Positions 61,501-64,000 of a DNA stretch of 64,000 nucleotides are shown piece after piece. Below the pieces are notes generated by a model. The model had not been told where the DNA came from, did not search any database, and saw nothing but the letters and a program-made list of their open reading frames with translations. Position numbers and translations under genes: made by a program. Origin of the DNA: Nageia nagi (Eukaryota > Plantae > Pinophyta); contig JBITNC010000001.1 in assembly GCA_050084985.1 (NCBI GenBank), positions 89,218,001 to 89,282,000 on the forward strand, written 5' to 3'. The stretch's first letter is position 1. Each line of letters begins with the position of its first letter.

Positions 61501-61875
61501 GGATTAAGATGGATATATGTATTTCTCATACCTAGGGTCAACCTGGCTTGAACAAAAAAGAACCACTTTCTCCAAAATGCTTACATCAACTTCAAGTTTA
61601 CAGGAGATTGGATAATGGTACTATTTTCATTCTTGATTACAACAAACTAAGATATCACATGGACCTAGATTTTCTCTTGGTCAAATGAGGGTTACTCACA
61701 CCAAATCTATGCTAATATAAATCAACATATCCTTAAAGACCAATATATTTGTAGGTTATGCAATATGAAGCTAGAATTTGAAGAACATTTTATATTCATT
61801 TGCCCCATTTACTTTGAGATTTATGGTTGGTACCTTTATTTATTCAAATATGCTCATACATTGAAATCTTGGATG

Positions 61876-62690
61876 AAATTTGAAATTTAATTTTAATGTC
61901 CATAAATGAACAAAAAAGCTCAATGGGATTGTAGAAGAGTACATATAAGAGGGCTAAGGAGGCACCTAATGTGACTCAAATGAGTAAAATGAAGAGAGAC
62001 AAAGAAAAATAACAATAGAAGTCTTCATAATGCCATATACAATAAACCAATCTATAGCAATAGGGTTGGTATGTGAAGGATCAAGAGGGTCCTCTAATAT
62101 TCAAGGTAAATAAGAGGCTCATCATGTTGTAATTTATAGGAGTAACCCTAGTGGGTTTAGTGGTCACACAATTATGAGTGGTCCTTCTAGTTTGTCAAGA
62201 ACATTTGTGTGTTATGGATATCAAAAAAGCATCACCCTCTATATTTAGTAAGCTTTCTACCTTAGATAGAGATTAATCACTAGTATATCTAGGTGCACAA
62301 CTAGCTTTAGACTTATCACATTCTTTTTTCAAGTAGAGGAGATTGAGAACTGAAAGCACACCATGGTTCCTAGTGACCTTGTAAGGGTTACCCATTATCA
62401 TATTACCACTAAACCCACCAGGGTTACTCCTTCTAATTGCAACATTATGAGCTTCTTTTTGATATCTAATGTTAGGGGAGCCTTTTGACTCTTCTCATAC
62501 CAACTCTTGTTATCAATTGGCTTGTTGGATATGGTGTTATGGAGACTCATAATACTATTTTTATGTATCTTCTTTTCATTCTTAAATGTTGGAGTCACTC
62601 TAGGAAATCTCTTGTTCCTCTTATATGTACTTTTGTACAATCCCATTGGTCATTTTTGGTCACCTGTGAACATTAATATTAAATTTTGAA
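61876..62690. repeat. Diverged inverted repeat, ~335-bp arms, ~145-bp spacer (possibly LINE-derived)
   Basis: caatgggattgta..agtacatataagagg...ggagtaaccct.gtgggtttagtggt at 61876..62212 matches the reverse complement of 62356..62690. Confidence 0.75.
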
Positions 62691-62817
62691 TTCTTAGAGG
62701 CTAAATTCTATGTCTATTTTAAAATAATTATTTTTATCAATTTGACTCTTCAAGGAAATAAACATAAATAAAATAATTATTTGGGACCATTTTTATATCT
62801 TTGCTAAGGAATGATGG

Positions 62818-64000
62818 TGTAAATGTCCCAAAAGTACATATTTTGAACAATTATCAACATTTGAGCATTTATTCAAAACATGGTCAAAATTAGCAAATTT
62901 GGTCAATGTTGCAGTTGATCGATCAATTGACTAATCAACCTACTGATCCTATAAGATTGGGTAAATAAATTCCATTTATCCCCATAATGTATAAAATAAC
63001 TATATTTACACTATATTAAACAATTAGCTTACTGAGCCTAAGGGTTTGAAAGTCAACATGTCGATCAAAAATAAAATATCTATAAAAGCATAAACCAAGC
63101 TCATTTCATCCAATCATGTCATTTTTTTATAATGCTCATTTCATCAAAAATAAAATATCTATAAAAGCATAAACCAAGCTCATTTATGCTTACTGAGCCT
63201 AAGGGTTTGACTTGTTTATAAGTTTTGCATAACACTTATTTGAGCATTATAAAAAAATTAGCACTTCATCACATATTTATCAAGGTTATATAAGAAACCC
63301 ATCTTTAAGGTTTCTCACCCCATCTTCAAGGTGGAATGAAGTTTAATTATCCTATTTTATACTTGGATATTTTTCTTGTTAGGTTCTTACAGGTATTGAA
63401 CATCATTTGCAACACAATTGGAGCTATTATATCCTTTCATTAGTATATATTTCCTTACTTGCATTGTTGTGTGCATATAGCTTTCACTAGGCTAATTCAT
63501 CCTTTGTCCTTAGGGTTAGATTAGGGTTTGTTCATAATTATGCATACCCATATTGTTCTTTATCATTATTTAGTATGGCCATTGGTAATTGGCTTTATTC
63601 CTATTCTTGATTGTTCATAAAGAGTCATTAGATCACTTTCTTGATTTCTAGGGTTTGAATCTTGTTTCATGTCCTAGGGTTTTACAAGAATCTTTTTCTA
63701 GGTATATTTCCTCATATTTGATCATACCCTTTAGTATTATTTAGTATATTTTTAGAAATTACGATTATGGGTGTTGTTAATTATCATTGGGTTGTGTTTT
63801 GATAACTTTCTTGATTTTTGGTAGGTCATCTCGGCATATATTATGTTTGAATCATTATAACATATCTTTATCACTATAATGAGAATAAACATCAATATTT
63901 TAGCATAAAGATCATTTTAAAGTTATTATAAAGCATCTAGCAGCATCATAGCATAACAAATCATATCATACATGCATGTAATCATTTTCTTCATTTCTAC
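62818..64000 (+). repeat. Old LTR-like repeat running off the window
   Basis: Starts TGTAAATG; shares tttgaacaa...gtcaaaattag...ttgatc and later blocks with 6080..7047. Confidence 0.45.

Overview
AT-rich, repeat-dense plant nuclear DNA; the giant intron and the TE repertoire suggest a large-genome seed plant such as a gymnosperm (inference). The only host gene found is a + strand sterol 4-alpha-methyl oxidase (SMO2-type, 7 coding exons, 260 aa, 10551..55590). Its second intron is 42.4 kb (11738..54121) and filled with nested elements. The main feature of that intron is a 21.9-kb young Copia-derived composite insertion (13727..35667) bounded by near-identical LTRs and a single 5-bp TSD (CACCA). 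Inside it are (i) a fold-back Copia gag-pol with outward-facing LTR ends, (ii) four alternating-orientation, non-identical copies of a non-coding partner element that shares PBS, leader and pre-PPT motifs but carries a different LTR, and (iii) a 6.8-kb duplicate (28370..35178) of host flank plus fold-back unit that ends exactly at an LTR/PBS boundary and splits the element's own leader. The same intron also holds a full-length hAT transposon (TIRs, 8-bp TSD, intron-containing transposase), nested Ty3/gypsy remnants, PPR fragments and a decayed hAT derivative. The flanks are degenerate gypsy/LTR/LINE-like DNA. All alignments were done by eye, so boundaries of old repeats are approximate.
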